A stretch of 64,000 bases of DNA from an uncultured Nitrososphaerota archaeon (GCA_963842885.1 CAWJIE010000003.1:416001-480000), one strand, 5' to 3'; counted from the stretch's first letter, positions 28,228-38,243 are shown. Made by a program: numbers and translations. The notes: generated by a model not told the origin, from the sequence alone.

Positions 28228-30225
28228 TCAGAACCGCCAAGAGAGCCACCCCTGCCGACACAGCGACCCCGATGGGGAACCAGTCGGTCGTTCAGGTGGT
28301 TCGCGTCCGCGGGGGGAAGGGAGGCCCCCGCCGACCCGCTGGTGCGTCACTTCTGCCAACGTCGTCCTATTCTTGGGTGCTAATTGCCACCAAGAGGACG
28401 CATATATCTTCAAAGCTTCGGTCAAGCGACCAAGCGTGCTGTCCTCCTTCGTCTGGAGCATGACGAAGGCACCGGATGCGACGATCAAGGCAGCCGCCAC
28501 GATCACGACGATGTCGAGCACGTTGATCGCGAAGGAGCCCTGAACGCTCATGGGCGAGCTCACTGGTATGGGTTGAGGTCCAGTTCCGCTCAGTGCCCCA
28601 GACCAGCCTTCGAACGAATACAGGAAAGAGGGGGCCGGCGCGAGGGACACCGTGGCGCCGCTCGGGACGTAGATCGTCCCGTTCGTGCCAGATGCGACGG
28701 ATCCGGATGTGGAACCATAGGTGTAGCTCACCGATCCCCCATCACTGGCCGCGATGGTCAGGCCGGGGTAGAACTCGGCGACCTCCGTGATGGGCGAGGA
28801 AACCGTCAAGGAAGCGCTACCACCAGTCCCCGTGTAGGAGCCCGTCCCCGTGTAGGAGCCCGTCCCCGTGCCCTCCCATCCGGCTAACTCCCATCCTGGG
28901 GATGGTAAGGCGGTGAGGGTGAGCGGAGCGCCCACGCCGTACCAGCCGCCCGAAGAAGAGACACTCCCCCCATCCGAGGAACTTGGCGCGACGGTGACCG
29001 AGAACTGTTGGTAATAGGTGACGGAGATGAGCGTTGAAGACGAGACCGTCCCAGCAGCTGAGCTGTTGTCCGCCATCCACCGCACTGTAGAGTTTGAGCC
29101 TACTAGAGGGTTGGTCACGGACCACGATTGACCGGAGTCCACCCAGGAGTCCACGGGAGAGCCTGTGAGCGTCGCAGAGAAGGAGCCGCCGAACTGTTCC
29201 GCCGTCAATGTCGGAGAGGAGGGGCTCCCTCCACCGGCCAAAGCATATTCCAGCTTGAAATCGTATTGGTGATAGAAGTTAATCGTCAGGTTCGCTCTTG
29301 GAGAGGCATTCCCGACTGAACTCGGCGTCATCCACCTTTCGGAGGCTCCGGAGCCGCCCAACAGACCAGTGACCGACCACGACGAGCCAACATCGAGCCA
29401 GAGGGACTGGGGCGCTTGGTTCAAGCTGACAGATGAAGAGGTGCCGAGGCTCACGTAGGTCAGCTGGGGTGGCGACGGTGTCCCCTCGCCAACCACCGAG
29501 TAGGAAAAGGAGCCCTCGAACTGCTCGGTGAAATTGAGAACCACGGATGCCTGCGGAGAGTCGACGAGCAATACCCCCGAGGACTGGTTCGCGGCATATC
29601 TAGTCCCTTCCCCCACCGATGAAGGAGGCACGGTCCAATTGTATTGTCCGTAAGGCAGGTTTGCCTGAGCGACAAAAGAGCTCTGGCTCGAAGAGAAGCT
29701 CTGGCCGTTGAGGATGACTGACCAGGCCGTACCGCTGGGCAGGCCGTCTTCGGCGAATGAGACGGTCTCATTTCCTGGTTCTGTGATGGGCCTGTAGGTC
29801 ACGAGGAATTGGACGGTATTGCTCGTCACCTCGGTCGTGTCCATGATAGACGTGACGGCGCGAAACACGCCATCCATGGGGATGTATAATTGGTACAAGT
29901 ATCCCCCTGTATCGTTCGATTGCAACCTGAAGTTCGACCAGCTGCCGTCGGGCCAGGTGAGGGTGAGGAGGATGCCGGCTACACGTCCAGGTGTCAACAC
30001 GCCTTCGAAGGTGATCGTATCGTAGACGTGAACCGAAGTGCTGTTGATGCCAAGGGTAAGGGTTTCGTTCGAAGGCTGAGCCTGCGGAGGTTTGGCGATC
30101 TCGGCCCGAGCGACCTGAGCGCGGATGGCGCCAAGGTTGGAGGCGAAGGGGCCCGGCTGGCCAAGGACGCCTCCGATCAGGAAGAGGGCGCTAGCCAACA
30201 CCAAGTACCGATAGAAGGTATGCAA
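28228..30225 (-). CDS. Cell-surface protein: signal peptide, S/T/G-rich beta repeats, C-terminal TM (3' end uncertain, possible frameshift)
   Basis: N-terminal hydrophobic leader; FAEDGLPSGTAWSVILNG module; repeats ending YHQY/YQQF; TM IVVIVAAALIVASGAFV. Confidence 0.8.
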   Translation of the reverse strand: MHTFYRYLVLASALFLIGGVLGQPGPFASNLGAIRAQVARAEIAKPPQAQPSNETLTLGINSTSVHVYDTITFEGVLTPGRVAGILLTLTWPDGSWSNFRLQSNDTGGYLYQLYIPMDGVFRAVTSIMDTTEVTSNTVQFLVTYRPITEPGNETVSFAEDGLPSGTAWSVILNGQSFSSSQSSFVAQANLPYGQYNWTVPPSSVGEGTRYAANQSSGVLLVDSPQASVVLNFTEQFEGSFSYSVVGEGTPSPPQLTYVSLGTSSSVSLNQAPQSLWLDVGSSWSVTGLLGGSGASERWMTPSSVGNASPRANLTINFYHQYDFKLEYALAGGGSPSSPTLTAEQFGGSFSATLTGSPVDSWVDSGQSWSVTNPLVGSNSTVRWMADNSSAAGTVSSSTLISVTYYQQFSVTVAPSSSDGGSVSSSGGWYGVGAPLTLTALPSPGWELAGWEGTGTGSYTGTGSYTGTGGSASLTVSSPITEVAEFYPGLTIAASDGGSVSYTYGSTSGSVASGTNGTIYVPSGATVSLAPAPSFLYSFEGWSGALSGTGPQPIPVSSPMSVQGSFAINVLDIVVIVAAALIVASGAFVMLQTKEDSTLGRLTEALKIYASSWWQLAPKNRTTLAEVTHQRVGGGLPSPRGREPPERPTGSPSGSLCRQGWLSWRF
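28826..28870. repeat. 18-bp tandem repeat (2.5 copies) encoding GTGSYT
   Basis: gtccccgtgtaggagccc twice plus gtccccgtg. Confidence 0.85.
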
Positions 30226-30652
30226 GGATCACCACTTGGAAGTAGATTAGGCCGGCATAAAAACCCAGAAGGTAGAGCATGGAGGTCTTGGAGCCGCTGG
30301 CAGCTGCCACGTGCTGTTTGGTCGGGCACCCTCCGGCGAGGACTGAGAAGAGCCCGAAGCCTATTCCGCCTATGAAGATCAGTAACATCGTATCAAGCGT
30401 GAGGCCCGGGGTATTGAGCAGTGAGAGGAAGTTGCCTTCGTTAGGGCTGAAGGACTTCAGGACGACGAACCCAATAAGGGCACCCACGAACATCCCCAGG
30501 ACCGTCTTCAGCAGGTAGGTGTCCTTGAAGAGGTAGAAGTCCCTGTAGCCGGAGATGGAGCAAGCCTTCGAGCGCTGCCACAAGTAGCCTATGATCCCGC
30601 CGGCGATCAGCGTCGCGACGTTGATCTCTAGTCCCGTGCTTTCACCCTCCAT
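30191..30652 (-). CDS. YeeE/YedE-family sulfur-compound transporter, second half
   Basis: QRSKACSISGYRDFYL; LAGGCP. Confidence 0.8.
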   Translation of the reverse strand: MEGESTGLEINVATLIAGGIIGYLWQRSKACSISGYRDFYLFKDTYLLKTVLGMFVGALIGFVVLKSFSPNEGNFLSLLNTPGLTLDTMLLIFIGGIGFGLFSVLAGGCPTKQHVAAASGSKTSMLYLLGFYAGLIYFQVVILAYLLSVLGVG

Positions 30653-31112
30653 TTGACATAGCGGCAGGCGAGGACCACCCCTATGAGGATCCCGACCAGC
30701 CCGGGCACGGCCAGGAGGTTCCCGTACGCCAGCAACATGATCGCCCTGACCGAGCAGAAGCCCATGAGCATGCCGAAGTTGGCTACCGCGAAGCCGTATA
30801 CCACAGGGGAGGCGCGGTCAGGGACCGACCTGAGCCGCAGCTCCTTCTTCTGGTATGCCGAGAGGGCCGCCCCGAACACGATGCCAACATAGGTCAGCAC
30901 AGGGATGACGAGGGAGTAATTCGAGAGAAAGAAGTTGGTGCCGAAAAGCTTGTTGAAGACGAAGTCGATCATGTCCCTCGGGTGAGATATGCCGCAGATG
31001 CCGAAGGCCTCGGGGACGTCCATCGCCAGGATCCCCACCGCGATCGCGGCCCAGAGGCCGGTGGCGAGGCCTGCAATCAGGGGGGTGATCCTAAAGGGCT
31101 TCGAAAGCTCAA
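30628..31112 (-). CDS. YeeE/YedE-family transporter, first half (start uncertain or frameshifted)
   Basis: FGICGISHPRD, GIVFGA, LMGFCSVR..AYG. Confidence 0.7.
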
Positions 31113-31636
31113 CCGCCCCCCATCATCAGCTGGAGTAACGAGATCGTGCCCTTTCCGTGGCACTTGGGGCACGGGAGTGTCACCGTCGTGTTGCTGGCCT
31201 GGAAAACTGCAGCGGAGAAGGACAGCGTCGGGAGGACGGGAACGTTGTTGATGGCGACCTGGGCAGGGTACTGTGCGTGGGCGACGAAATTCGAAGCATT
31301 GGCAGGGACCACAAAGGTATAGAAAGTCTTGGAGATGAGGGACCCGGTTTCGCTGTAGCTGGTGTTAAGGAGGACGGACGCGTTGATTGGGACCGTGGCG
31401 ACATTGGAGAAGGTGAAGGTCAGGTTGGTCGTGTACACCGCATACGTGCCGCATCCCAGTCGCACGGTGCCAACCACCAGCGTGCTCAAGTCCACGAGCC
31501 TGATATTCTCCATCCCCACGACGCTTAGGTTAACCACCCCTGTCCCGTGGCACTCAGGGCATTGCACTGGGTAGACCGCGGGGACCGCTATCATGACGGC
31601 AAGTATCGTGAAGAGCGAGAAGAGCTTGAGGCTCAA
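31109..31636 (-). CDS. Secreted or membrane-anchored protein with a split DnaJ-type zinc finger
   Basis: Hydrophobic leader; CPECHGTG near the N-terminus and CPKCHGKG near the C-terminus. Confidence 0.7.
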   Translation of the reverse strand: MSLKLFSLFTILAVMIAVPAVYPVQCPECHGTGVVNLSVVGMENIRLVDLSTLVVGTVRLGCGTYAVYTTNLTFTFSNVATVPINASVLLNTSYSETGSLISKTFYTFVVPANASNFVAHAQYPAQVAINNVPVLPTLSFSAAVFQASNTTVTLPCPKCHGKGTISLLQLMMGGG

Positions 31637-32037
31637 GGCGATCCCTCCGCCAGCTTCACGATTCTCCGTGGAAAATCGTAGACGAGTTTGTAACTACCAA
31701 GGAGGCTTTGGCCTATTACGAAATCGACACCGAGGTTCTCGGTCAGGTCCTGAGCCGCCGTCAGAACGTTCTTCACGACGAACTTGCCCACTTCGATCTT
31801 GTCGATCGTAATGAAAGGAACTTTGATCAAGTAATGGGGCGTGATTATCTTCGTGTTCACGTTGGGTGCTTCCGGAATGTAGAACGCGTTGTAGCCCAAG
31901 TCGGTGGCATCGCTTCTCTGGATCAGGCAGAGCTCCGACGCCGTATCGATGACCGCCCGCAGTTCACGCACGCCCTTGGGGCCATGAATCCTGACGAAGA
32001 AGGTCCCATCCGGACGAAGACGCAACACCAGGCCCAC
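31633..32037 (-). CDS. Retropepsin-like (clan AA) aspartic protease
   Basis: AVIDTAS catalytic motif and VDFVIGQSLL. Confidence 0.75.
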   Translation of the reverse strand: MGLVLRLRPDGTFFVRIHGPKGVRELRAVIDTASELCLIQRSDATDLGYNAFYIPEAPNVNTKIITPHYLIKVPFITIDKIEVGKFVVKNVLTAAQDLTENLGVDFVIGQSLLGSYKLVYDFPRRIVKLAEGSP

Positions 32038-32276
32038 TAAACCATCACCTTTGCGACCCGGGGTTTCTCCAAGGCTTGGAAGACGCACAGGTCCTTCTCG
32101 GCCAGCTTGGCCAACTCGTGCGAAAGGTTCCTGCGAGTGATGTGTTGACAGACGACGACGCCCTTGGTGGGCTGCCCATGTTCGTCCCTCGCCGTGACCC
32201 TGACCGCGTACCAGAACGGTGGGTACTTGCCGTCTATGTCGGTCAAGTCCATTTCCATATGATTGTCTGACGTCAT
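32037..32276 (-). CDS. Small hypothetical protein translationally coupled to the retropepsin
   Basis: 79 aa, KYP..WYAV..GVVV; stop overlaps the protease start. Confidence 0.6.
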   Translation of the reverse strand: MTSDNHMEMDLTDIDGKYPPFWYAVRVTARDEHGQPTKGVVVCQHITRRNLSHELAKLAEKDLCVFQALEKPRVAKVMV

Positions 32277-32402
32277 GTCACACCCGCCATAATATATGAT
32301 TTATCTTAATAGACAATTTACTATAAGGCCTATAGGTCTTGCTTAATAGAATAAATAAAAAGGGGTGTTGGGGATGAAGCGACAAACTCCATCCTCAACT
32401 TC

Positions 32403-33362
32403 CTACGTCAGTATCGCTCTGCTTACTAGAGTCTGGACGATGTTAACCTTGTAGTGGTTGTTGGTCATCGGAACGGCGTCGGCTACTGCGGCTGCTCCAG
32501 CGGCCGCTGCTACTGTGGAACTGATGGCGTTGCCTTTCAGGGCGGTCTCTGCTCCAGTCGCCTCGATCGGAGTCGGAGCGACTCCACCCAGCCAGATGTT
32601 GGCCGTGGTGATGGTCGATGTCGCCGGCGCACACATCAGGCCCACGCTCGCGATGGCGAAGTCGAAGCTCTGCCTGAGCTGTTGCTTGATGAAGACCTGC
32701 TTGTTGCCCGTCGGAGGAGTCGGCACGTCTATTTCAGTAATGATTTCGTCGGCGGCGAGGACGTGACCCGGAGAGAGGTCCTTGAAGAACTGGCTGATCG
32801 GTATGGTCTGCTTGCTCGTCTTGACCGATGCCCCGAGGGCGAGCAGCGCGATGGCAGTGTCCGACGCGGCCACGGCGTTGCAACCTCCAGCTCCGCCGAA
32901 TATGCTGTGGAATGTGTTGTCTCCAGCCGTCGCGTAGCATGTGCTTCCTCCCTTCCTCAGGCAGTTGAACAGGTCGTACTCCCAGCGGTAGTACCAGCAC
33001 CAGACCTCCTGGCTGATGTTTCCACCTATGGTCCCTATGTTCCTGATGTTCGGAGTGGCCACCCAGTTGGCGGCCGTGGCGAGCATGGGGTAGGTGCTAA
33101 GGATCGTCGAGTTGGTGGCGACGCTCGCCAGGGTGGCGAGGGCCCCCACGTGCAGCCCAGACGAATCCGAAGTTATCGCATCGAGGCCAGGAATCGTCTT
33201 GAGGTTGATGAGGTAGTCGGGGAGATCATTTCTGATGAACCCCTTCAACTGGTGAGTCAGGTCCGTCCCTGCGCCTATGACCTTGGCTGCGCTTCCGTAC
33301 TTGTCCAGCATCGCAACTGCGTCGGCTACCGATGTCGCGTCATAGTGATTGATGACTTTCAT
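32403..33362 (-). CDS. Molybdenum hydroxylase FAD subunit with [4Fe-4S] insert (PaoB/YagS-like)
   Basis: GAGTDL, IRNIGTIGGN, CWYYR..CLRKGGSTC..C. Confidence 0.9.
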   Translation of the reverse strand: MKVINHYDATSVADAVAMLDKYGSAAKVIGAGTDLTHQLKGFIRNDLPDYLINLKTIPGLDAITSDSSGLHVGALATLASVATNSTILSTYPMLATAANWVATPNIRNIGTIGGNISQEVWCWYYRWEYDLFNCLRKGGSTCYATAGDNTFHSIFGGAGGCNAVAASDTAIALLALGASVKTSKQTIPISQFFKDLSPGHVLAADEIITEIDVPTPPTGNKQVFIKQQLRQSFDFAIASVGLMCAPATSTITTANIWLGGVAPTPIEATGAETALKGNAISSTVAAAAGAAAVADAVPMTNNHYKVNIVQTLVSRAILT

Positions 33363-33366
33363 TCTA

Positions 33367-35599
33367 CTACACCACCTTTCCTAACGCCGCCAGAACCTTC
33401 CATGGCGTTGCCGGCTGCGACCTGACCCATTTCCCTGTCGCGTTGTAGATTGCGTTGACGATTGCAGCTGCTGGGGGCGACAGCGGCGGCTCCCCCAAGC
33501 CCTTGGCGCCAAACGGACCGATGGCATCATTCGACTGGACGACGATTGGAGTGAAGCTGTCCGGGGGCGGTATGTCCATGCTGGTGGGGAACCTGTGGCC
33601 CAGGAAGCTGGGGTTCAGCGGAACTCCGTTGTTCTGGTCGACGTACCATTGCCACATCAGCTCGTACCCAATGGACTGCACCGTTCCGCTTTCGATCTGA
33701 CCTTCGCAGGCCAGCATTGAGTCGGCCGTTCCCACGTCGTCGGACTGCACCACTCTCGTGACCTCGACGGCACCCGTGTCTTCGTCGACCGCGATCTCGA
33801 CTGCTGCGGCGGACGTCGTCCTGATGACCTTCGATGTGTCATATGGCGTGTACCCGTAGCCCACGATGGGTGACGTAGACGCGGCCAGGACGGCCGCGTG
33901 CGTCACGAACTTGGTCGAGTCGCTCGTGAGGTAGATCTTCCCTAATTTGGCGGAAAGCTTGTCGGGCGTGGTATTCAGCATCGGGGCGGCGACCGCGAAG
34001 AGCTGTGCTAAGACGCTCTCGCCTGCAGCCTTTACGGCGTGTCCCGATGTGACTGTCCTCGTGCTTCCACCTTGTCCCCCGCAGTTCTGGGTTACCGCCG
34101 TGTTGCCGTATTCGCCAACCTTCACGTCCCCTGCGTTGGCGCCCAGCGCTTCAGCCGCGACATAGGACAAAGAGGAGACCGACGCCTGTATGCTCGACTG
34201 GCCGACGTTCAGGAAGAACCCGCCGTCGGCAGTCGTCGTGATGATGGCACAGTCGACTTCGCCTCCCCACTGACCCTTGTTGCAGACATATCCGCTGATG
34301 CCGATTCCATAATACCTGCCGTCGGGGAGCACCACGGTGCCCGGAGCTTTGTGCTTTGTCGACCATCCGATGCTGGTGGCCACGTCCTGGATGTTATGAT
34401 TCAGGGCCATGCTTCCGAAGGGCAATCCCTGCACGCCGGTGTTGAGGCCCAATGACCCGTTGTCCAAGTCGCCCAGTTTCTTTATGTTCTTGAGCATGAA
34501 CGCAACCTTGTCCATGCTCAGCTTCTCGCACAACTGTTCGATTACGGGCTCCATGTCGAAGAGGCCGCCTGGCTCTCCTACGCACCTCCAGTACGCGCCC
34601 TGGGGCTTGTTCGTGACGATCGTGTGACCGGTGAAGCTGGCGTTGGGCACATTGAAGGTAATCTGCAGAGGCGATATCGCGTCGCCCACTGCCGGCCACG
34701 GGAAGGCCCCGATGTCGGTCCAGAATGTGGCCTGTATGGCCATGAGCGTCCCGTCGCTCTTGGCGCCCAGCTTTATGTCACCCCTGTCGGCGTACTGCTG
34801 CGTTGCGGATAGGTAGTTCTGGTGCCTGGTCAGTTGGTACTGCACTGGGGCCCCCGCCTTCTTGGCAAGGACCGCAGCCACGACATTGTGCGTGTTGAAG
34901 TTAAGGTCACCGAACGCCCCACCGGTGCCGTGGGTGATGACGGTCACGTTGTTCAAAGGAATGTTTAGGGCCCCGGCTAGGGTGGCCCGGAAGGAGAACG
35001 GGTTCTGAGAGTTCGTGTAGACGGTGAGTTGGTCCTGATTGCTTTGGTCCCAAACGGCGATGCAGGCCCTAGGCTCGAAGGGTCGAATGCTGGTATGACG
35101 CTGACATCCCTATGGTGTCTTCGACGACTACGTCCGAGGCGGCGAAGCCTGCGTTGACGTCGCCCCAAGTTGCCGTCAGAGGCTCTCCTACTTCGTTGGT
35201 GTTCGGGATGAGTCCGGTCAGCGGCGCGCCAGAGGCCATTGCCTTGTCGATGTCCACAACCCACGGCAGCGTCTGATACGTCACATTGACCAGTTTCAGG
35301 GCTTGGGAAGCGATGTGCTCGTCCGTGGCGGCTACGCCGCACACCTCTTGACCTACATAGAAGAGCTCCTGGGTCATTATGGGGCAGTCCACGTACGTCG
35401 TGACTGCCTTGACGCCCGGAAGGGCCATCGCGGCGCTGGTGTCTATGGCGGTTATCTTCGCATGGGGGTACGGGCTGCCTAGCATCCTCGCGTAGAGCTT
35501 GCCTTCGAAGACGTGGTCGGTCGAGAAGTCGTGCTTGCCCGTTGCCTTCTGCAGTCCAAGCTTGTCTGGGTTAGCATTGCCTAACACATTGAGAGACAT
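33367..35599 (-). CDS. Molybdenum hydroxylase large (Moco) subunit (frameshift near 35075)
   Basis: KATG, SPYPHAKI, GGAFG, AYWRCVG, GQIESG, GAKGLGE. Confidence 0.9.
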
Positions 35600-35601
35600 G
35601 T

Positions 35602-36582
35602 CTAGCTACCTCCCACTGACGCTATAGCCATCTCTATCTTCCTGTAGTTGCCACAACAGCACATGTTGCCCGATATGGCCTGTTGTATCTGAGCCATCGT
35701 CGGGTTGGGGTTGGCAGTCAGAAGCGCCTTCGCTTGCATTATCATGCCTGGAGTACAGTAGCCACACTGAGATCCTTCGTACGTTAGCCATGCCGTCTGC
35801 AGTGGATCAAGGTTGTTCCCATAGTTGCTTAACCCTTCTAGGGTCGTTATCGCGTGGCCTTCCGCTTCAATCGCCAGGATCTGGCACGAGTTGACAGCCA
35901 TTCCATCCATCATGACGGTGCATGCCCCGCATTCGCCCAATGAGCAGCCATCCTTCACTGAGAAGAGGTGGAGCTGCTCCCTGAGCACTTCCAAGAGAGA
36001 CCAGTTGGCCTGTACCAGGAGCGTCTCAGGGTTCCCGTTCACGGTGAGCGTCACTACTTTGGACGCCACCGGCGGAACTGGCGTCGGAGCGCCGGTAACC
36101 ATCACCGTCGCAGTGCCGTAGCCCTGCATCCCGTTGCTGTCGGTGACGGTCACGAGGGCCGTGTAGTTCCCGCCAGCCGTATACGTGTGAGACCCGCTCG
36201 CAGTCAGGGTGCTTCCATCGCCGCATGCGATGCTTATGGTGTATGGAGAAGTCCCACCGCTTGGAGTAGCGGTGAGCGTGACGGAGGAACCTGCTGAAAC
36301 GGTGCCCGGAGTGGCCGCCAGTGCGACGGTGACTGCCGGTGGCACCACCGTCTTCGTGGTCGTTGCCGTTGCTGTAGTTGTTGCCGTGGTCGTTGATGTG
36401 GTCGTACCACCCGTGATCGTCTTAGTCGACGTGGATGTGGATGTCTTTGACGGCAGGCCCGGTATCCTTATCCCTTCCTCGACACCTGCCACAACTACGG
36501 CGCCCACCACTGCGCCTGCTCCTGCTCCCTTCAAGAAGTCCCTTCTCGTCGTTTGCTTCTTTTCGGTAGTTTCTGTTGTCAT
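35602..36582 (-). CDS. Tat-signal 2x[2Fe-2S] subunit with Thr-rich linker and PKD-like domain (PaoA/YagT-like)
   Basis: TRRDFLKG plus hydrophobic stretch; poly-Thr; GDGST..SHTYTAGGNYTALVTVTD; GCSLGECGACTV, QCGYCTPG, CCCGNY. Confidence 0.9.
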   Translation of the reverse strand: MTTETTEKKQTTRRDFLKGAGAGAVVGAVVVAGVEEGIRIPGLPSKTSTSTSTKTITGGTTTSTTTATTTATATTTKTVVPPAVTVALAATPGTVSAGSSVTLTATPSGGTSPYTISIACGDGSTLTASGSHTYTAGGNYTALVTVTDSNGMQGYGTATVMVTGAPTPVPPVASKVVTLTVNGNPETLLVQANWSLLEVLREQLHLFSVKDGCSLGECGACTVMMDGMAVNSCQILAIEAEGHAITTLEGLSNYGNNLDPLQTAWLTYEGSQCGYCTPGMIMQAKALLTANPNPTMAQIQQAISGNMCCCGNYRKIEMAIASVGGS

Positions 36583-36680
36583 CTAGGAGCTACCTCCTAG
36601 TTGACAAAATCGTTTTCCTCTAGTAAGGAGAAAATTCATGGTCGTGAGTATTACACTCTCCGAACGCTTATGCGGCTTCG

Positions 36681-36696
36681 CAGCTAATAAGCATTT
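36681..36696 (-). promoter_or_regulatory. BRE-TATA promoter (AAATGCTTATTAGCTG on the minus strand)
   Basis: The same 13-mer occurs at 48351..48363 upstream of pyrB; similar elements at about 47325 and 55600. Confidence 0.55.
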
Positions 36697-37036
36697 GAAG
36701 CACCAAAAGTTATACATATAGCGCGCTGTTTGTGTAGACCGTCTATGGTAAACTGTGTCGTTTCCCTGGTAAGCTAGACCGTTTGCCTCAGCCATGGGTC
36801 GTGGTTCCCAGACCTGCGAAAATCACTCATCAGGAAGACCTTGGAGCTCAAAGGTGTTCCTTTTCGGGGTTCATGTGACTGCGCATTCGCACATGAAGGG
36901 AATGGTCGCTCAACAACGACAATCTGACTGCGGCGGCGATCGACCAGGCTCTTCCTGACCCTCTTTACGACGGCGGCTGGCGCGCCTGCGGGAGAGTGTG
37001 TTGTCTTCCCATTTGCAGCAGGAAGGTCCGAGCCTT

Positions 37037-38038
37037 TCATGGTTCTGGCTTCCGCGCGACCGCGAACCAGAGCCCGCTCCCGACCGGGAGGAACCGCAGG
37101 CGCCTGAATCCTGCCTCGCGCAGAAGGCCGATCAGCTCCGACCTGGAAAGGAAGCTAGCCCCCAGCAGAGCGAAGTCCAGTTGCATTCCTCTCATCAGCC
37201 CGTATGTGGCTCCCCTCCAGCCCTCCTTGTCGTCCAGAAGGCCCTCCGCCACGACCAGGGCGCCTCCCGGACTCAGGGCCTCCCAGCACTTCTTCAGTGC
37301 CTTCGTCCTCTGACTCATCACGCAGAGCACCTCCCCGAGGTAGACCAGGTCGAATTCGTTCGAAAATGGCATCTCCTCGGCCGCCCCCGACATGAACCGT
37401 ACCGAAGCTGGGCCCGCGTCTTTGACCCTGTCCACCGCTTTCTTCATGGCGACGGGGTCCGATTCGACGCCGGTGTAGGCAGGGAGAGGGAAGGATGCGC
37501 TCATGCGGAGGACCCAGTCTCCGGTCCCAGACCCCACGTCCAGTATCTTCGTCCTTCTGTGGAATACGGACCTCACATCGGGGACTCCGGGCAGGACCAC
37601 CTCTAGGAAGCACGTATGGTCCCATCTGGTGGCCTCCTTGAACGCCTCGACCAAGTGTGGAGCGTTCCCAGATACCGTGCCGTCCTTGAAGAACCCGTCG
37701 AAGGCGTCGTAGTCGAGGCTCCTGAGGGCTAGGTACGACGCCTGCCCTCCCAGGTAGTCTCTGTGCGTTTCCTCAACCAGAAGCTCCTCCATCCCGCGGG
37801 CCAGGCGATACTTGCCCCCCCGTCTGGTGACGATGCCCAACGAATAGGCGGCTTCGCACCAGAGGTTCAGACCTTTGAAATACAATCCGGTCCTCTTGGC
37901 CAGATCGTCCGTGGTCACGGGGCCGTTCGACTTCACGAAGGCGCGCAGGATGCCATACCTCCGACCAAGATGTATGACCCAGATTCGGTAGAAGCCCAGC
38001 GAGCTCTGCAGGAGTCGATCGAAGTCCAAGGGCCGCAT
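37037..38038 (-). CDS. Class I SAM methyltransferase with N-terminal wHTH/dimerisation domain
   Basis: ILDVGSGTG, FDLVY, LSPGGAL. Confidence 0.85.
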   Translation of the reverse strand: MRPLDFDRLLQSSLGFYRIWVIHLGRRYGILRAFVKSNGPVTTDDLAKRTGLYFKGLNLWCEAAYSLGIVTRRGGKYRLARGMEELLVEETHRDYLGGQASYLALRSLDYDAFDGFFKDGTVSGNAPHLVEAFKEATRWDHTCFLEVVLPGVPDVRSVFHRRTKILDVGSGTGDWVLRMSASFPLPAYTGVESDPVAMKKAVDRVKDAGPASVRFMSGAAEEMPFSNEFDLVYLGEVLCVMSQRTKALKKCWEALSPGGALVVAEGLLDDKEGWRGATYGLMRGMQLDFALLGASFLSRSELIGLLREAGFRRLRFLPVGSGLWFAVARKPEP

Positions 38039-38243
38039 GAAAGCGCCTCGTCGAGGTATATATCGTTGGCACATATTGTGGGGCATCCGCCTGCGATGGG
38101 GGCATGGTCGTTGGGTAGATCGGCGGAGTGGAGCGCCCTCACCATGGTCGACGCCCAAGTCAAATCCAATGCGACGTTTGATGGCATGACAGCACCAAGA
38201 CGTTAATAGGGAATCGGCGGGAGTGTAGGCAAAGGCAAAACGC

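Noticed and set aside
28826-28870. 18-bp tandem repeat as a phase-variation switch
   Set aside because: The unit is in frame (6 codons), so copy changes would not switch expression; it could also be an assembly duplication.
30191-36582. Selenoproteins in the YeeE/YedE or Mo-enzyme genes
   Set aside because: I saw no in-frame TGA at the conserved Cys positions inspected.
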